Source of the DNA: Eledone cirrhosa
Taxonomy: Eukaryota
Direction of reading: 5' to 3'
Length of the DNA: 64,000 bases
NCBI GenBank assembly: GCA_964016885.1
Contig: OZ024741.1
Span: 159,774,001 to 159,838,000 of the forward strand
Each line of letters begins with the position of its first letter. Position 1 is the first letter of the stretch. The position numbers and the translations under genes were made by a program. Shown here piece after piece: positions 23,895 to 40,439 of this stretch. Under the pieces are notes generated by a model, which saw only the letters and a program-made list of their open reading frames with translations, searched no databases and was not told the DNA's origin.

Positions 23895-26362
23895 TCTTTA
23901 TTAGCCACAGGGGCACAAAAGATGGGGACAAATACAAAGGGGGAAGTTTACATACAATAAAAACGTGTAAAATATTATCACAAATGCAATTTAAAAGTTA
24001 ATCGATTTTCCCCAATAGGGGAGACACTACATATGGGTAACACATACCCCCGAAAAAAATGTGCAACCCTCATCTCCAGGAGTACGAAGAGTTTGTACCC
24101 CTTTCCTCTCTTTCTCCTTTTCCTCAACCTACAGGCTGATATAGAGAGAAAGCCCATTCACTCGGGCCATTCTCGCCACTTTCACCCACCTTTTATAAAA
24201 CATGCTGGGGTACAGCACCTCTCTCTCCATCCTGATTTTTTTTCAAAAGTGGTATTTGAAAAAAAGAATCAGTTGTTGGCCGGAGAAAAAGGTGTCTGAC
24301 CTCAGCCCTTTTAACCTCGTCCACCATACAACCTCTTTCGCCATAGCTATCACATAAAGGAAAACCGCCTCTCTTCCGTTTTGAAGGAGGGTGGCGGTTT
24401 TATTATGACAATGGACTTGGTGATCAACCGGATTGGTCCCACCCGCGACAATAGTCGTTTTACATAGTCCCACAGGTCGGTAACGCCAGGGCAGTGTACA
24501 AATGCGTGCGCGACGGTTTCCTCGTCGCGCACGCATCTCGGACAGATCTTTTTCGAAGGGTCCCTGCCCGGGCGCCCGTGTCTGTAGAGCTTGTCTCGAA
24601 CTGGTAGAGCTCCTCGGTAGCACTGCCAGGCTAGGGCCTTTTGGAAGTTGTCCATCGGCCCCGGGAGGAAGGTTCTACCGAACAGACAGACCAGTTCGTC
24701 CTCCTCTACGCCTAGAGTTTCTCCGAGTGCGTTGTCGCACTTGCTGCGGACCAACCCTCTATAGAATGACGAAGTGGAGTCTCCACTGATCGCCGGGTCC
24801 GCCTGCCAGAGGGCTGTGAGCGCCTGAGCACATTCGATGTGCCAGTCGCCCATTTTCCTCGGTCTTTGCTTGACCCAGGACTGCAGCTCGGTCAGCGAGA
24901 CGAGTCGTGGGAATGCTCTCCTCACGAACGGGGCCCACACCGGTTGTCCGGTGAGGAATACGTGGAGGTGCCGCAGCCTGAGCGCGTGTTTGCGCATCGT
25001 CAGCCACGACATCCCTAGTCCTCCGTTTGAAGGGTGTTGGCAGCAGATGGATCTTCTCACCAAAGGAGCCCGCTTCTTCCAAAGGAATTGGAAGAGCGCG
25101 CGCTCCATTTTGGTGAGCGTTTTGGCTGGACAAGGCACGACGGTCAAGCGGTAGTAGATGACGGACGCTATAAAAGTGTTCGCCACCTCCGCTCGACCTT
25201 TCAGGGATAGTTTGCACTCGGCCCACTTCTGGGTGAGTGCAAACACCTTCGCCGTCACCTCGTTCCAGTTCTTCTCCACCTGGAGATCCGGACCAAACCA
25301 GACCCCGAGCAGCTTTACCGGTCTTTCCGTCCAGCGTCCGACGACGCCATCGGAAGGCATCGGTTTGCCTCTCCACGATCCGAGTTGCAAACCGATGGAC
25401 TTGTCCCGGTACAGCGTCGCTCCTGTGAGCTTTTCGTATTCCTTCAGTAAGGTGCTGACTTCCTCGATTTGCGGGTGCTCGACACCATCACTGTCACGTC
25501 GTCGGCGTAGGCCGACACCGCTTTCTGCAGTCCCGGTTCCAGAGGGATGCCCTGCAATAGCTCCAGCTTCCGCAGTAGTGGCTCGACCGTCAGTACGTAC
25601 AGAAGGGAGGAGAGAGGGCATCCCTGTCGAATAGATCGCATGATATGGAACGGCTCCGAGAGGTAGCCGTTCACCTTGACCCTTGAGTAGATGTTGCTGT
25701 TGTACATTGCAGCAATCCAGCCCCTGAACACGGATCCGAAGCCTGCCGCCTCGAGCACCGCATCCAGGTAACGATGGTCAACCCTATCGAAAGCCTTAGA
25801 CTGATCCAAGTTGATCAGGGCCCCACCGAAGCCGGGTTTACACCCTACCCTCTCTATGATGTATCGCATGAGGTGGAGGTTGTCGTGTATGGACCTGGTC
25901 GGGATTGCGCATGTCTACGCTTCTCCCACCAAGTTTTCAACGACAAGCGCCAGCTTCTTTGCCAATACATTGGCCAAAATCTGAAACTCTGTGTTTAGCA
26001 GAGTTATGGGCCGGAAGTTGCCTATGTCATGCCCCTTATTCTCGTCCTTCCTGATTAGTGTGACTACGCCCCTGGTCACATAACTGGGAATTCTCCCAGT
26101 TCTGTGACCAAATTGATTCAGCGCGTCCCCTATCTCAGCGGCTGAAATCGGCTTTTCGCAGAACTTCGCCTCGCTGACCGAGAGTCGCGGTAGGCTGTCG
26201 AGGTATGGACCGAAATCCATAGTCCCTCCCGGCGCGCCGCCCTGCCCGAACAGCTGAGCAAAGTGCCGCTGAAAGGCCGCGCACATCTACTTCGGCTCAC
26301 GTATCACGCGCCCGACTTGGTCCTTCAAAGACCGAATCGTGGACTTGTTGTCACCCGGGCCC
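23895..26362 (-). mobile_element. 5'-truncated Tx1/L1-clade LINE, ORF2 reverse transcriptase + zf-RVT, pseudogenised
   Basis: FRPITLLNTEFQILANVLA, LDQSKAFDRVDH, RQGCPLSSLLY, AYADDV, CPRC..ETVAHAFVHC; frameshift near 25480 and in-frame stops. Confidence 0.93.
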
Positions 26363-26496
26363 AGAGAAAGATAGACAGACAGGATAGATAGATAAATAGT
26401 TAGAGAGAGAGAGAGGGGGGGGGAGACAAAGAGAGTGAGAGAGAAAGAAAAATGAATAAACAAGTGAGTAACAGAGAAGTTTAAGAAAGAATAGAG

Positions 26497-26601
<105 letters not shown>

Positions 26602-26635
26602 TGATCATTCATATATAGAGAGAGTGAAGGAGATA

Positions 26636-27045
26636 TGTAAGATGGTTTTTCTCTCCGGAAAACAATTGATTCCCTTCTTTAGGTACCACTTTAGAAGGAG
26701 AATCAGAGTGGAGAGAGAGGCACTGCACCCCAGTAAATTTACTGAAAGGTGGGTGAATGTGGCAAAAATGGCCCGAGTGATTGGGCCTTCTCTGTATATA
26801 AGCCTGTAGATTGAAGAAGAGAGCAAAAGGAAGAAGGGAGCACTTGCACAACACGCTCCTGAAGTTGAGGGTTGTTCTATCGACGGGGTATTAAACAACG
26901 CATTTGTGGGGCTTCCCCCCTATTGGGGATTTCGATTGTTATAATTGTTTGTTTCAATATTTTTACACGACTGTATGTAAAATCCCCAGCATGTGTCTTC
27001 GTATTGTTTCCTTTTCTTGTGCGCCCTTGTGGCAAATAAACAAAT
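26636..27045 (+). mobile_element. Tx1-clade LINE 3' end, opposite orientation
   Basis: Reverse-complement similarity to 23400-23790; tail followed by (TCTA)n. Confidence 0.85.
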
Positions 27046-27090
27046 CTATCTATCTATCTATCTATCTATCTACTTATCTATCTTTCTTCC

Positions 27091-27200
<110 letters not shown>

Positions 27201-27414
27201 CATAGATTTTTCATTCATTTAATTTATTATTTGTCTGACCCGAATTTTCTTGGTCGTTTTTCTCGGCCGTGCGAGTGATTTTAAGCATTATCTCTGTGTG
27301 TTGGTATTTAAACGATAGTTATAGCTCTGGTTTATCCAAACTATTGAGCCCTTTGCCACGCATTTCGAAGATTGTGTTTCATTATTTCGTGGGCCGAAAT
27401 TCCGATTCTCGATA

Positions 27415-27444
<30 letters not shown>

Positions 27445-27445
<1 letters not shown>

Positions 27446-27649
27446 GGAACAAGTAAGACCCCGACGGCTGAGCTCAAGCCGTTTCGACGGCTAATTCTGT
27501 ACGGCTAATTGAGTACAGAATTAGCCGTCGAAACGGCTTGAGCTCAGCCGTCGGGGTCTTACTTGTTCCTATTACCCACTCTACTACCCTAAGTATTGAG
27601 TACTTTGGTGCGTTATGGTCCACCTGGTTCCTTACCACATTTCCTTCGT

Positions 27650-27680
<31 letters not shown>

Positions 27681-27828
27681 TTAGTTATACTATTTATGGT
27701 TATGTAAACACAAAACCTTAAGCAGTTGTAAGTATTTTACACACACCCTAAATAGTGGTAGGCAGTAATGTATTACTACCTTATTACCAGTAAGTATATA
27801 TATATATATATATATATATTACCAGTAA

Positions 27829-27865
<37 letters not shown>

Positions 27866-28050
27866 GAAGGAAGTGTGGTAAGGAACCAGGTGGACCAGAG
27901 TACTCGATACTTTGGGTAGTAGAGTGGGTAATAGGAAAAGAGTCAGGACCCCGACGGCAGAACTCAAGCCGTTTCTACGTTTCTGGACTATGAGTCCAGA
28001 AATAGCCGTCGAAACAGCTTGAGCTCTACCGTCGGGGTCCTGACTCTGTT

Positions 28051-28053
<3 letters not shown>
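27445..28053. mobile_element. Two family A pLTR fold-back copies
   Basis: Inverted arms centred at ~27505 and ~27990. Confidence 0.75.
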
Positions 28054-28087
<34 letters not shown>

Positions 28088-28629
28088 GTTGCCTATCCAT
28101 TTATAAACACACGCACACTCATATAGTATCCATGTGTGAGTGTATATGGAAGTCTATGTGTGTCAGTAAGCGTATACGCATATATAAGTAAACACACACA
28201 CATTCATGCCCATATTTATAAAGCCCATCTTTATTCCCATTCTAGTGCCCCCCCCCCCCCCACGTTCTCCTCATCCACAGCTTCCATAATCCTTTACATT
28301 TAATGTTGAACACCACAACTGCCCACCCCCGCCTCACTGCACAGATCAGTGACAAAGGGCATGTGTTTAATGTGTAAAGGAAGGTCCGTGAATAAATATA
28401 TAGCATCAACAATACTTTCTCATATCACACCAGGCTTTCATATTAGCAGATGATGGACAAATTAAAACGGGATATCATTCAGATTGCTATTGGAAAATGT
28501 CAAAATCGATAACACACACACTCACACACACACTCATGAGTATACATATATATATATATATATATACACGTATGCGTGTATATATGTATGTGTGTTTGTG
28601 TGTACTTACACACACTCATATATATAATA

Positions 28630-28811
28630 TAATTGTTTCTACTTTTTGGCACAAGGCCAGCAATTACCCCAGTGCATTACTGGTACTTTATTTTATCGAC
28701 CCCGTAAGGATGAAAGGCAAAGTTAACCTCGGCGGGATTCGAACTCAGAATGGCAAGGGCCGTAACTCTATGCGTCAAAGCATAGCGTCCGACCCTCTAC
28801 CGATACTGCCA
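28630..28811 (-). mobile_element. Octopus-type tRNA SINE
   Basis: A box tggcagtatcgg, B box gagttcgaatccc, shared body. Confidence 0.88.
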
Positions 28812-28919
28812 ATCCACATAATATAACATAATATAATATAATATAATATATATATAAACCAAATTAGAATTTCATTTCTCGCTCCGGCATAGCAGACTAC
28901 ATAAATGTAAGTATGCATA

Positions 28920-29175
28920 GGTACATATATATATAGGTATATATGCATATATATAGGTATATATGCATATATATAGGTATATATATAGGTATATATGCAT
29001 ATATATAGGTATATATGCATATATATAGGTATATATGCATATATATAGGTATATATGCATATATATAGGTATATATGCATATATATAGGTATATATGCAT
29101 ATATATAGGTATATATGCATATATATAGGTATATATGCATGGTATATATGCATATATATAGGTATATATGCATAG
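28920..29175. repeat. 18-bp minisatellite (ATATATAGGTATATATGC)n
   Basis: Direct tandem units. Confidence 0.92.
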
Positions 29176-29732
29176 GTACATATATATATATACCACAAGT
29201 CCGAACACACCTTCACCTCGCACATACACACACAAAAGACACATCAACCAGCCCCCACCTCATCCCTTACAATCCCTACGCCACCCGTCTACAATATATT
29301 TATGTTAACACTCCTATCTATTCAAGTCTCTATTATTCATCCTGACACCACCCCATCCTTTGTTGATATTGTCCCTTATATGAACGTAACTTCTCCTTCT
29401 CTTCTCTCTCGACTGTCTTTTATACCACACACTATTGTGACGGCGGATGGAGGGTGTTTATTTGTTAATGGTGGTAGTGGTGGAGGTAAGGGTTGTGTTG
29501 ATGTTGGTGGAGTTGGACGTGGCTGTGCTTGTGTTGGTTAGAGGGAGGGGTTATGGGGTTATTATGGGTTATGGTAGCATTGGTCGGGGGCGCTTCGTTG
29601 GTGTTAGCGGTGATGGTGGTGAGCGGTTGTGGTTGTGGTGGTGGTAGTGGTATTGGTGAGGGTGTTGCTGTTGTGATTCGTTGATTTCTGTTTTTGTTTA
29701 GCCACATGTCTCCCCTCACACTCTTTCTCTCC

Positions 29733-29953
<221 letters not shown>

Positions 29954-29964
29954 AATAAATAAAT

Positions 29965-30165
29965 ACATTATCGGAGAAAGCTTTTTAGCGATACTCCGGC
30001 CAAATCCCAACTCACTCAACAAACGTTAGGAAATAAGTGAGTATATTCCTAATTATGCGTTCGGGGTGCTAACTAAATGTATTGTGTGGAAAATTGGCTA
30101 TATTATTTCATATGAGACATATCGAATATATCTCTTCCCAGACGGACGTCTCGTTTCATTATAGG
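29965..30165 (+). repeat. Unclassified interspersed repeat; second copy at ~63630-63817
   Basis: Shared atactccg..ctcactcaacaaac..ggggtg.taact..tatgagacat..cgtttcattata. Confidence 0.65.
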
Positions 30166-30382
30166 ATTCCTACAATTTGGGTGAAATTATACGAATTTAT
30201 GTAGGAGCATGTATACGATCAACAGATAAATATTCAAGTGGACTCCTATCATTCATCAGTGGGTGCCCAATAATACTAATATTGATAATCTAACCAATAT
30301 CAGTATTTAGCGATAATCACCATCAGTGCCTGAGGTATCTGTTAGGTTGCTTGTACCGATTGTGTTGTTATTTCTGTTTACC

Positions 30383-30530
<148 letters not shown>

Positions 30531-30967
30531 ATATACATTTTTTAGAAGAAACAGGGGCTGAGTTGTTGCCTGATAAAGTGCATTTATAAATAAGAGGTAA
30601 GCACGAACGGGGAAAATTTCCCTTCATCAGTTGTCTGCTGGAGTTCACAGACAATTCTACGCATTAAATAAATATATACAGATGTGAGAAAAACCACAGA
30701 CCCTCCATCTCAACTGACCTTTTGAAAAGCAGAAGAACTGTGAAACCGGTAAAGGAACCAAATAAATATATATATTAAAAAAAAAAATAAGACTCCAGTT
30801 GCATTTTCGATTTCATCTCTTTTTCTTTATACTTTCACTCGTGTAGGACACCTCGGTTATTTTTCAATTTGTAAAAAAAACCTCACTTTCTAATATATAT
30901 ATATATATATATATTTATTAAAATAACAGATTAAAGTTTAGTCTTCAAATTTATTATTATTACTATA

Positions 30968-30998
<31 letters not shown>

Positions 30999-31489
30999 TT
31001 TGAGAGAGAGTATAACTGTGTATATCACCGAAAGGTAATGGATTTGATTTTTGAAATCTACGTCCCAAGCAGAAGGCTATTGAGCATATGGAGATTCTTA
31101 ATTCCAAAAAGAATAAAACAAAAACAAACCAATAGATAACGGTAATATCAATCAGTGTTATTGAGACAAATTAAGTAGTTTGACTTTTATTGATCATCTC
31201 ATGCATTCCTTGAACGTGACCTTATTATTCCGTCCATCCATGCCGACAGCAGGGGGCATTGTTTTCGCTATGAGGCAGGGAGTTACCCTTACAGAGGTCA
31301 CCCGACTAAAGTACACAGCAAGCCACTGATACCACTTTAACATTCAGCTTTACTGAGTAAATTTCTATAGAAACCGTATTGGGGACGATTGACGATTGAC
31401 GGGCCACGGGGAATAAGTAACGGCAGAAGAGGATCGAGGGAGACATGATCTGACATGGAATAAACAAAAGGCATTCTATGATGAAAATT

Positions 31490-31516
31490 GCCCGGCAACA
31501 ACGGGCTGCTCTGCTA

Positions 31517-31518
<2 letters not shown>
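31490..31518 (+). mobile_element. Helitron-type 3' terminus
   Basis: GCCCG/CGGGC hairpin 7 nt upstream of CTAG followed by T. Confidence 0.6.
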
Positions 31519-31557
<39 letters not shown>

Positions 31558-31561
<4 letters not shown>

Positions 31562-32000
31562 CCTCTGTCAATTACACTTTCTCTCGACTGACCTCTTCCT
31601 CACACTTCCACTCACTCACTCTCTGTTTCTCCCCTTCTCACTTCCTCCCGTTTGGCTTGTGTGGGTCTCTTCTTGCTCACATCTCACACACATCAACACG
31701 GTCTGTACCTCTCTCTCTCATGAAATCCACCCAGCTTATGCTGACCCGACAACCATGTTGCTTGTTTATTTTCCTATCTTCGGTTTGCTTTTATCCTTCT
31801 ATGTTGTTTACTTGTCCCCCTCGCCTTACTCGAATTCTGGTCCCAATAACTTGTTTTAGTTATTGCTCGCACCAACCTGAGGTATCTGATTTTTAATGCG
31901 ATGAAATACCAATGATGGTTGGAAAATCACTGACGAAGGACTATTTTTATCATATGTAACCAATGTGCAAACCACGCAGTATTCTTCTTTCTTCTCATGT
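31558..32000 (+). repeat. Interspersed repeat (possibly PLE-derived); inverted copy at ~61340-61790
   Basis: Colinear reverse-complement match; contains an orphan CTGA(C/T)GA. Confidence 0.7.
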
Positions 32001-32088
32001 TTATATATATATATATATATACACATGTGTGTATATTATATAATGTGATCTAACTGGACTTAACGAGAACTATTTCATCCATATCTTT

Positions 32089-32205
<117 letters not shown>

Positions 32206-32448
32206 GCGATAAATTAACGGAGCCATAGACCCTGGTTATTCCCTGTAAATTATGTGCTCAAAGGAAAATGAATCCTGAACTCTTTAAAATACAATATGTT
32301 AAAAGGGTAACACACTAGAGAGAGAGAGTGTGTGTGTGCCATCAATAAAACAGGGGAGCCACCAGTGTATGGAATCTGGTACACACACTCTCTCTCTCTA
32401 GTGTGTTACCCTTTCAACATATTGTATTTTACACACACACACACACAC

Positions 32449-32580
<132 letters not shown>

Positions 32581-33167
32581 CAAGTAATATAAATTAATAT
32601 ATGATAAACACATAAGTGTTTGTATTGTAAATGACTAAGTTAGCTAGAATGAAATAAACTAATTCAAATAAATATAGTTTGGCTGTCTCGATTTAAAATA
32701 ATAAATCAATAAAAACAAACCCATATTGGTAATAACCGTGATACCTGGACACATTTAAATCTCAAAATCCAAACCCGTTCCGCAGACAAATTTGAATTTC
32801 AAAACCCAAATAAGTTTCACAACGATAGTATAAAAAAGTGAAAGATTCCATTTTCTGTGTTCATCAACAGGTATCCAGAAATTAGGATGTTTCACCTCGA
32901 AATATTTTTGGAGGTCTGGTGTACAAGCGCAAAACGCACGTGGTTTTCCAGCTCACTAGCTATCCCGATATTCATGGTGCTAGAAATAACAGCCGTTTAT
33001 ACGGGATTAAAATTTAGCTCAACAAAAGGAGCCGTAATATTATATTATATTTAGAGTTATAAACTCAAGCAGTCCTTTATAATTAATTAGCTCAAAGAAA
33101 GAAGCATTTCTGAGCCGGGAAATACAAGTAATATAAATTAATATATGATATATATTAATTTATATAT

Positions 33168-33597
33168 CATTGCTGTAGTGGAGTCTGTGCTGCTGTATGG
33201 GTCTGAGACTTGGACATTGACCAGGAAACTCACTCAGATGGTGGATGGGTGCTACACGAGAATGCTGAGGATGGCTCTGAACATTAATCAGTATACACTG
33301 AGGATGAAAAACTCAGAGCTGTATGGGAGCATCCCAAAAGTCAGCTCAAAAGTGACACAGAGGAGACTGAGGTTAGCTGGACATGCTCACCGACATCCAG
33401 AGTTGACATTGCACTCAGTACTCCTTTGGGAGCCCCTACATGGACACACTAGAAGAGGAAGACCAAGGTTAACGTATGTTGTTGCCCTAAGGACAGACAC
33501 TGGTCTGTTGGAGATGCAGGACATGGCAGCGATAATGAGGGACAGAGACCGCTGGAGAGAACTCGTCCATGGATCTCGGGAATTTTACCCGCCTTAG
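33168..33597 (+). mobile_element. RTE-clade LINE 3' fragment
   Basis: [53 protein letters not shown], typical RTE C-terminus. Confidence 0.9.
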
Positions 33598-33633
33598 ATA
33601 TATATATATATATATAAATTAATATATAATATA

Positions 33634-33698
<65 letters not shown>

Positions 33699-34258
33699 TG
33701 TATTAACATTGAACTAAAACCTGTTGAGAAAGTGGCTTCCTTGTTCAATCATCTTACCAGAAGCCTGACATTATTTATGTAAGCGGACGGTACTTGATTT
33801 AGGAGCCGCAGAAACCCATATACTGGATTTTACCAACCTTCCAGGGGTCCGGGTAAATTTTCAATACCCGAATTACTTGATCGTTTTTTTTTTTTGGCTA
33901 TGCGAATGATTGTTTAACCATCGTGTCAGTGTGTTTGGCCTTTAACGTTTGTTATAGCTCTGGTTCATCTGAATCATTGAGCACTTGCCGCACATCTCGG
34001 AGGTTGTTTTTCGTTATTTCGTGGGCCGAAATGCGAATCTCGATAATTTATGTTTATATATATATATATATAACAAGTTGGGCATATGAACCCCAAGAGA
34101 TGGGAAAAGGTGGACATTGTTGCCTGTGGATCTTGAACTCATATTTTTCGTATGTCGGGCAGCTGTGCTACCAGTCACACTATAGCAGACCAATAAATAA
34201 TCTCGTTATTTTAATACTTTTCGTCCAGTATGTAAATACATTTTTTTATCCCTCTCCC

Positions 34259-34345
<87 letters not shown>

Positions 34346-34530
34346 TATATATATATAAATGTATATATATCATACTTTTTAGTTCAACTAAAAGTTCCTA
34401 GATTAAAGAGAGGGTATCGACAAACTTTTAGTCATGCTAAATTCTATAATAATAGCCATATTCTCTCCAGATTAACTATATTTGATGTGCATTGAGTACT
34501 CAAATAAATATATATACATACACACATATT

Positions 34531-34748
34531 CTATTCTAGGGCGGGTAAAATTCCCGAGATCCATAGACGAGTTCACTCCAGCGGTCTCTGTCCCTCATTA
34601 TCGCAGCCATGTCCTGCGTCTCCAACAGACTAGTGTCTGTTCTTAGGGCATCAACATACGTTAACCTTGGTCTTCCTCTTCCAGTGTGTCCATGTAGGGG
34701 CTCCCACAGGAGCACTGAGTGCAATGTCAACTCTGGATGCCGGTGAGC
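34531..34748 (-). mobile_element. RTE-clade LINE 3' fragment
   Basis: Same peptide as 33168-33597, more truncated. Confidence 0.88.
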
Positions 34749-34866
34749 CACACACATATATATAGACTAGTAATAAAAAGGACGAAGTGTTAGATCTTCA
34801 TTATGTTTATTGAGTTCTGACGGGCATTTCGCGATTGATCAGCTCAAGGTTCGATCTGGCCCGACC

Positions 34867-34941
<75 letters not shown>

Positions 34942-35065
34942 GTGTGTATATGTATATATGTATGCATGTATGTATATATATGTATGCATATAAATGTATG
35001 TATATGTATGTGTATATGTATATGTATGTATGTATATTTATGTATGTATATATATCTATGTAGTG

Positions 35066-35345
35066 GAGGCACGTGGCCTAGTGGTAAGGGTGTTGGCCTT
35101 ACGATCATAATGTCGAGGGTTCGATTCCTGGGTTGTCTGTTGTGCTCTTGAACAAAACACTTCATTTCACGTTGCTCCAATATACTCAGCTGAAAATGAG
35201 TACCTGCAATAGCTGGAGGTTTAACCCTGCGATGGACTGGCGTCTTGTCCAGGTGGTCGGGTCTCGTACTCTCAGTCGTAAAACGCCATGAAACCGGGAT
35301 GAGCACCGGCCAAATGAGCCTTCTGGCTTAAGACAGACTTTAGAC
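35066..35345 (+). mobile_element. Full-length tRNA-derived SINE with V-domain-like core
   Basis: A box tggcctagtgg, B box ggttcgattcc, core ccctgcgatggactggcgtcttgtccagg. Confidence 0.8.
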
Positions 35346-35395
35346 GTAGACACACAGATGCACATATATATATATATACATATGTGATGCAAACG

Positions 35396-35455
<60 letters not shown>

Positions 35456-35777
35456 ACGCTGATAAAAGTTACAATTGTCTATGGAACTCTCAACCACTTA
35501 CACTATAACCTAGTGAGTTCAGTTGATGGAACAACCGGAACATTCATCGTCGAAACAGACGAAGACCCATTTATTGCCACGCTCTTCAGTAATCTCTTCA
35601 GGTTTGTTAATATTTTACACTACTACATGATGGACATCGGCTGGGAATTGAACTCACGATCATACCGTCGTCAGCCGAACTCCATAACAACTTTCTCTTT
35701 CACACACACACGCACACACACGCACACACACACACACACATATACACACATACACACACACACGCGCACACGCACAC

Positions 35778-35814
<37 letters not shown>

Positions 35815-36374
35815 ACTCTACATATATGTACATACACAAGCGTAAACGTACGAATATAATCCAGCAAATGCACTCCTACCCACAATTGTAAAAACGCGTA
35901 CAATATCTCACATTGTGCATGCATAAGAGTGTACAAAAAACAGTGGCATCAAACCTGTCTGTACATATATGCACAATACAATATAAACGCGTGCACTTAA
36001 TCACACACATACATACACGCAACCACATAATCGTGCATTCATGCTCACATACATATGTTTATGGATATCTACACAGAAATACACGCACATATACACACAG
36101 AAATATACGCACACATATACACAGAAACACTCCTACTAGCACAAGATGGCATACACGCGTACTTGCAGAAGAAGAAGAAGAAGAAGAAGAAGAAGAAGAA
36201 GAAGAGAGAGAGAGAAGGGGAGAATAATTGTGTTGGAACGTGTGTGACTGTTTAAATGGGAGTGCGCGTGTGTGTATGTGTGTGCGTATGGATTTGTATG
36301 TGTATGTAAGTATGCATGTGTGTATACGTGCGTGTGTGTAAGTGCGTACTGTGTGTATGACTAAATACGTAGGA

Positions 36375-36430
<56 letters not shown>

Positions 36431-36466
36431 GTATGTATATATGTATGTGTATATATATATATATGC

Positions 36467-36677
<211 letters not shown>

Positions 36678-36796
36678 TATATATATATATATACATATAT
36701 AAATACATATATATGTATACATGAATATACATATATATATATATATCTGTATATATATGTATATATGTATGTATACACGCACGCACACATATATAT

Positions 36797-36902
<106 letters not shown>

Positions 36903-36936
36903 ATATACATATATATACATATACATATATATATAC

Positions 36937-36980
<44 letters not shown>

Positions 36981-37127
36981 GTGGAAGTGTGGGATGTGTG
37001 TTTAGTCTAATCAGATGTTCACTTCATTTCCACGTTTAAGTGTTGTCGTCAAGTTATAAATATGTAGATTGGTATCAGGGAGGGCACAATTGATTGAAAC
37101 TACGGCAAACAACAACATCAACAACAA

Positions 37128-37199
37128 CTGCTACTACTACTACTGCTACTACTACTACTACTACTACTACTATTACTACTACTACTACCTCCACCACCT

Positions 37200-37273
<74 letters not shown>

Positions 37274-37291
37274 TCCACCACCACCACCACC

Positions 37292-37387
<96 letters not shown>
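37128..37387. repeat. (CTA)n/(CCA)n trinucleotide tract
   Basis: Seen directly. Confidence 0.95.
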
Positions 37388-37845
37388 GAAGGGATGATGT
37401 GTATTGTGTAAAGAGATATTTTTTGTACATAAATGAAGATTGTGATTCCTGTCATCTTAATTTGCTTTATATGTCTGTCTATCTGTTTGTCTGTCTGTCT
37501 GTCTGTATGTATGTATATATGTATGTATGTATGTATGGATGTATGTTTGTATGTATGTGTATGTATGTATGTATGTATGGATGTTTGTCTGTATGTATGT
37601 ATGTCTGTATGTATATATCTATATATGTATGTGTGTATGTGTGTGTATGTATGAATGTATGTATGTGTGTATGTATGTAAGGATGTTTGTCTGTATGTAT
37701 GTATGTATGTGTGTGTGTGTATGTATGTATGAATGTATGTATGTGTGTATGTATGTATATGAATTGACTGATGTTTTCATCACAGAATGAAACAGAACTA
37801 GTTCGGTAAAAGTTCCAACGTAAAACGATGGAATTAAATATACTC

Positions 37846-38302
<457 letters not shown>

Positions 38303-38309
38303 AAGACAG

Positions 38310-38795
38310 TTAACAAACCAACAACACCAACACTAACACGACAATAAGATAACAACAACAAAACGACAACAACAACAATAACCTAAAAAAAGACGACACC
38401 ACCACCAATAACAACAACGCCAGCAACAACAAGAAAGACATCAACAACAACAGCAGCAACAGCAGCAACAACAACAACACTAATAATAACAATAAAGACA
38501 ACATCAACAGCAAGAAAGACAACATCAGCAGCAACAACAACAACACTAACAACAACGCCAACAACAACAACAACACTAACAACAACGTCAACAACAACAC
38601 TAACAACAACACTATCAACAACACTAACAACTTATACAGTGATTAAGAAGAAATCATCAATAAGGAATTGGTAAGACGAAAGAGCAGCAAATTATGCTGG
38701 ATTAATTTATACACAACACCTGCTGGAGAGAAAACATCGATATTTAAACACTTAGTGAGTGGGAGGATAGATACAACAACAATAACAACAACAAT

Positions 38796-38829
<34 letters not shown>

Positions 38830-39752
38830 GCAACAACAACATTAGCAACAACAATAACAACAACATTAACAACAACAATAACGACAACAATAACAACAAC
38901 AGCAGCAACAACATTAGCAACAACAATAACAACAACATTAACAACAACAATAACGACAACAATAACAACAACAGCAGCAACAACATTAGCAACAACAATA
39001 ACAACAACATTAACGACAACAATAACAGCAACAATAACAACAACAATAACAACAACAATAACGACAACATTAACAACAACAATAACGACAACAATAACAA
39101 CAACAACAGCAACAACAATAGCAACAACAATAACATAAACAATAACAACAACAATAACAACAACAATAACGACAACATTAACAACAACAATAACGACAAC
39201 AATAACAACAACAGCAGCAACAACATTAGCAACAACAATAACCACAACAATAACAACAACAACATTAACAACATCATCATCGACAACATCAACAATCAAA
39301 CACAAACAGCAACTTGAACTACAACAGCAACAATAACAACAGCAATCAAATAGAAACACAACGGACAACTACAAACAACAACAAATACTATCAAGAACAA
39401 ACACGAATAAAACAGCAACAAAAACAAAAACAAGAAAAACAGACGCAAATAACAACAATACCAACAAAAGCAATCGTAAGCTCCATAACCATCACCATCA
39501 CCATCACCATCACCGCCACCACAGCCACAACAACAACAATGGTACAGAAATAAGAAAAATAATGCCAACAAAATAATCGCATGTAACCCCTCTCCCCATC
39601 ACCACCACCATAACTCCCACCCACACCTCACCACCACCACAGTCACAACAACAACAAACACCAACAACATCAACAAACAGTAAACAACAACAACAACAAC
39701 AAAAAAAGAACAAAAACAACAGCAACCAAACAACAAACATAAATAACAACAA
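38310..39752. repeat. Degenerate (AAC)n array with a ~130-bp unique island at 38635-38770
   Basis: Seen directly. Confidence 0.9.
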
Positions 39753-40234
39753 CTAAATTAAAAGTGAAAGTGAAAGTAGGAAGCCCCGGATGTTGAAAGA
39801 TACATTTTTATCTGTTATCAAAAACATTCTGCCAACCTGTGTAGTTTCTCTCATTTTACTTTGAGCACCAATAAAATCTTAATTGCTTTTACCAAAAACT
39901 CTTTCAGTTAATCTTTAATCTTCTGTTTATGTATATGTGTATGTTTGTGTGCGCATGTGTTTGTGTGTCTGTGTGTGTGTTTCTTTTTTTGTGATTTTGT
40001 TTTTCATTACCACTTCATTTTGTTTGCAAACATACGAGATTACATTACAATTTTCGTCGTCATATTTTCCTTGATGATATTGTTGTTGTTACTCTTGTTC
40101 ATTTTTATTTCTTTCTTCTTCTTCTTCTTCTTCTTCTTCTTCTTCTTCTTCTTCTTCTTCTTCTTCTTCTTCTTCTTCTTCTTCTTCTTCTTCTTCTTCT
40201 TCTTCTTCTTCTTCTTCTTCTTCTTCTTCTTCTT

Positions 40235-40265
<31 letters not shown>

Positions 40266-40439
40266 GAACCGAACTATAGGAGAGTCGAGAGCTTAAACAA
40301 AAAATATCACTAAATATTCTTCTCCACTAAATATGAAGATGCACCATTGGATGCTATGGGCCCTCAAACTTCCTAAAATCCCAGATACAATAATCAGAAC
40401 CAAAGAAAACCTATCTTCGTCCTGAGCCACAATCCTGAA

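Noticed and set aside
30547-30597. Plus-strand AG...GTAAGC bounded micro-exon
   Set aside because: Stops in all three frames and no supporting context
31900-31945. Possible permuted (type II) hammerhead around CTGACGA (and 61400-61440)
   Set aside because: No NUH triplet before the putative stem I and no stem II complementarity
35066-35140. tRNA gene
   Set aside because: A/B boxes are present but continue into a SINE body; no complete cloverleaf
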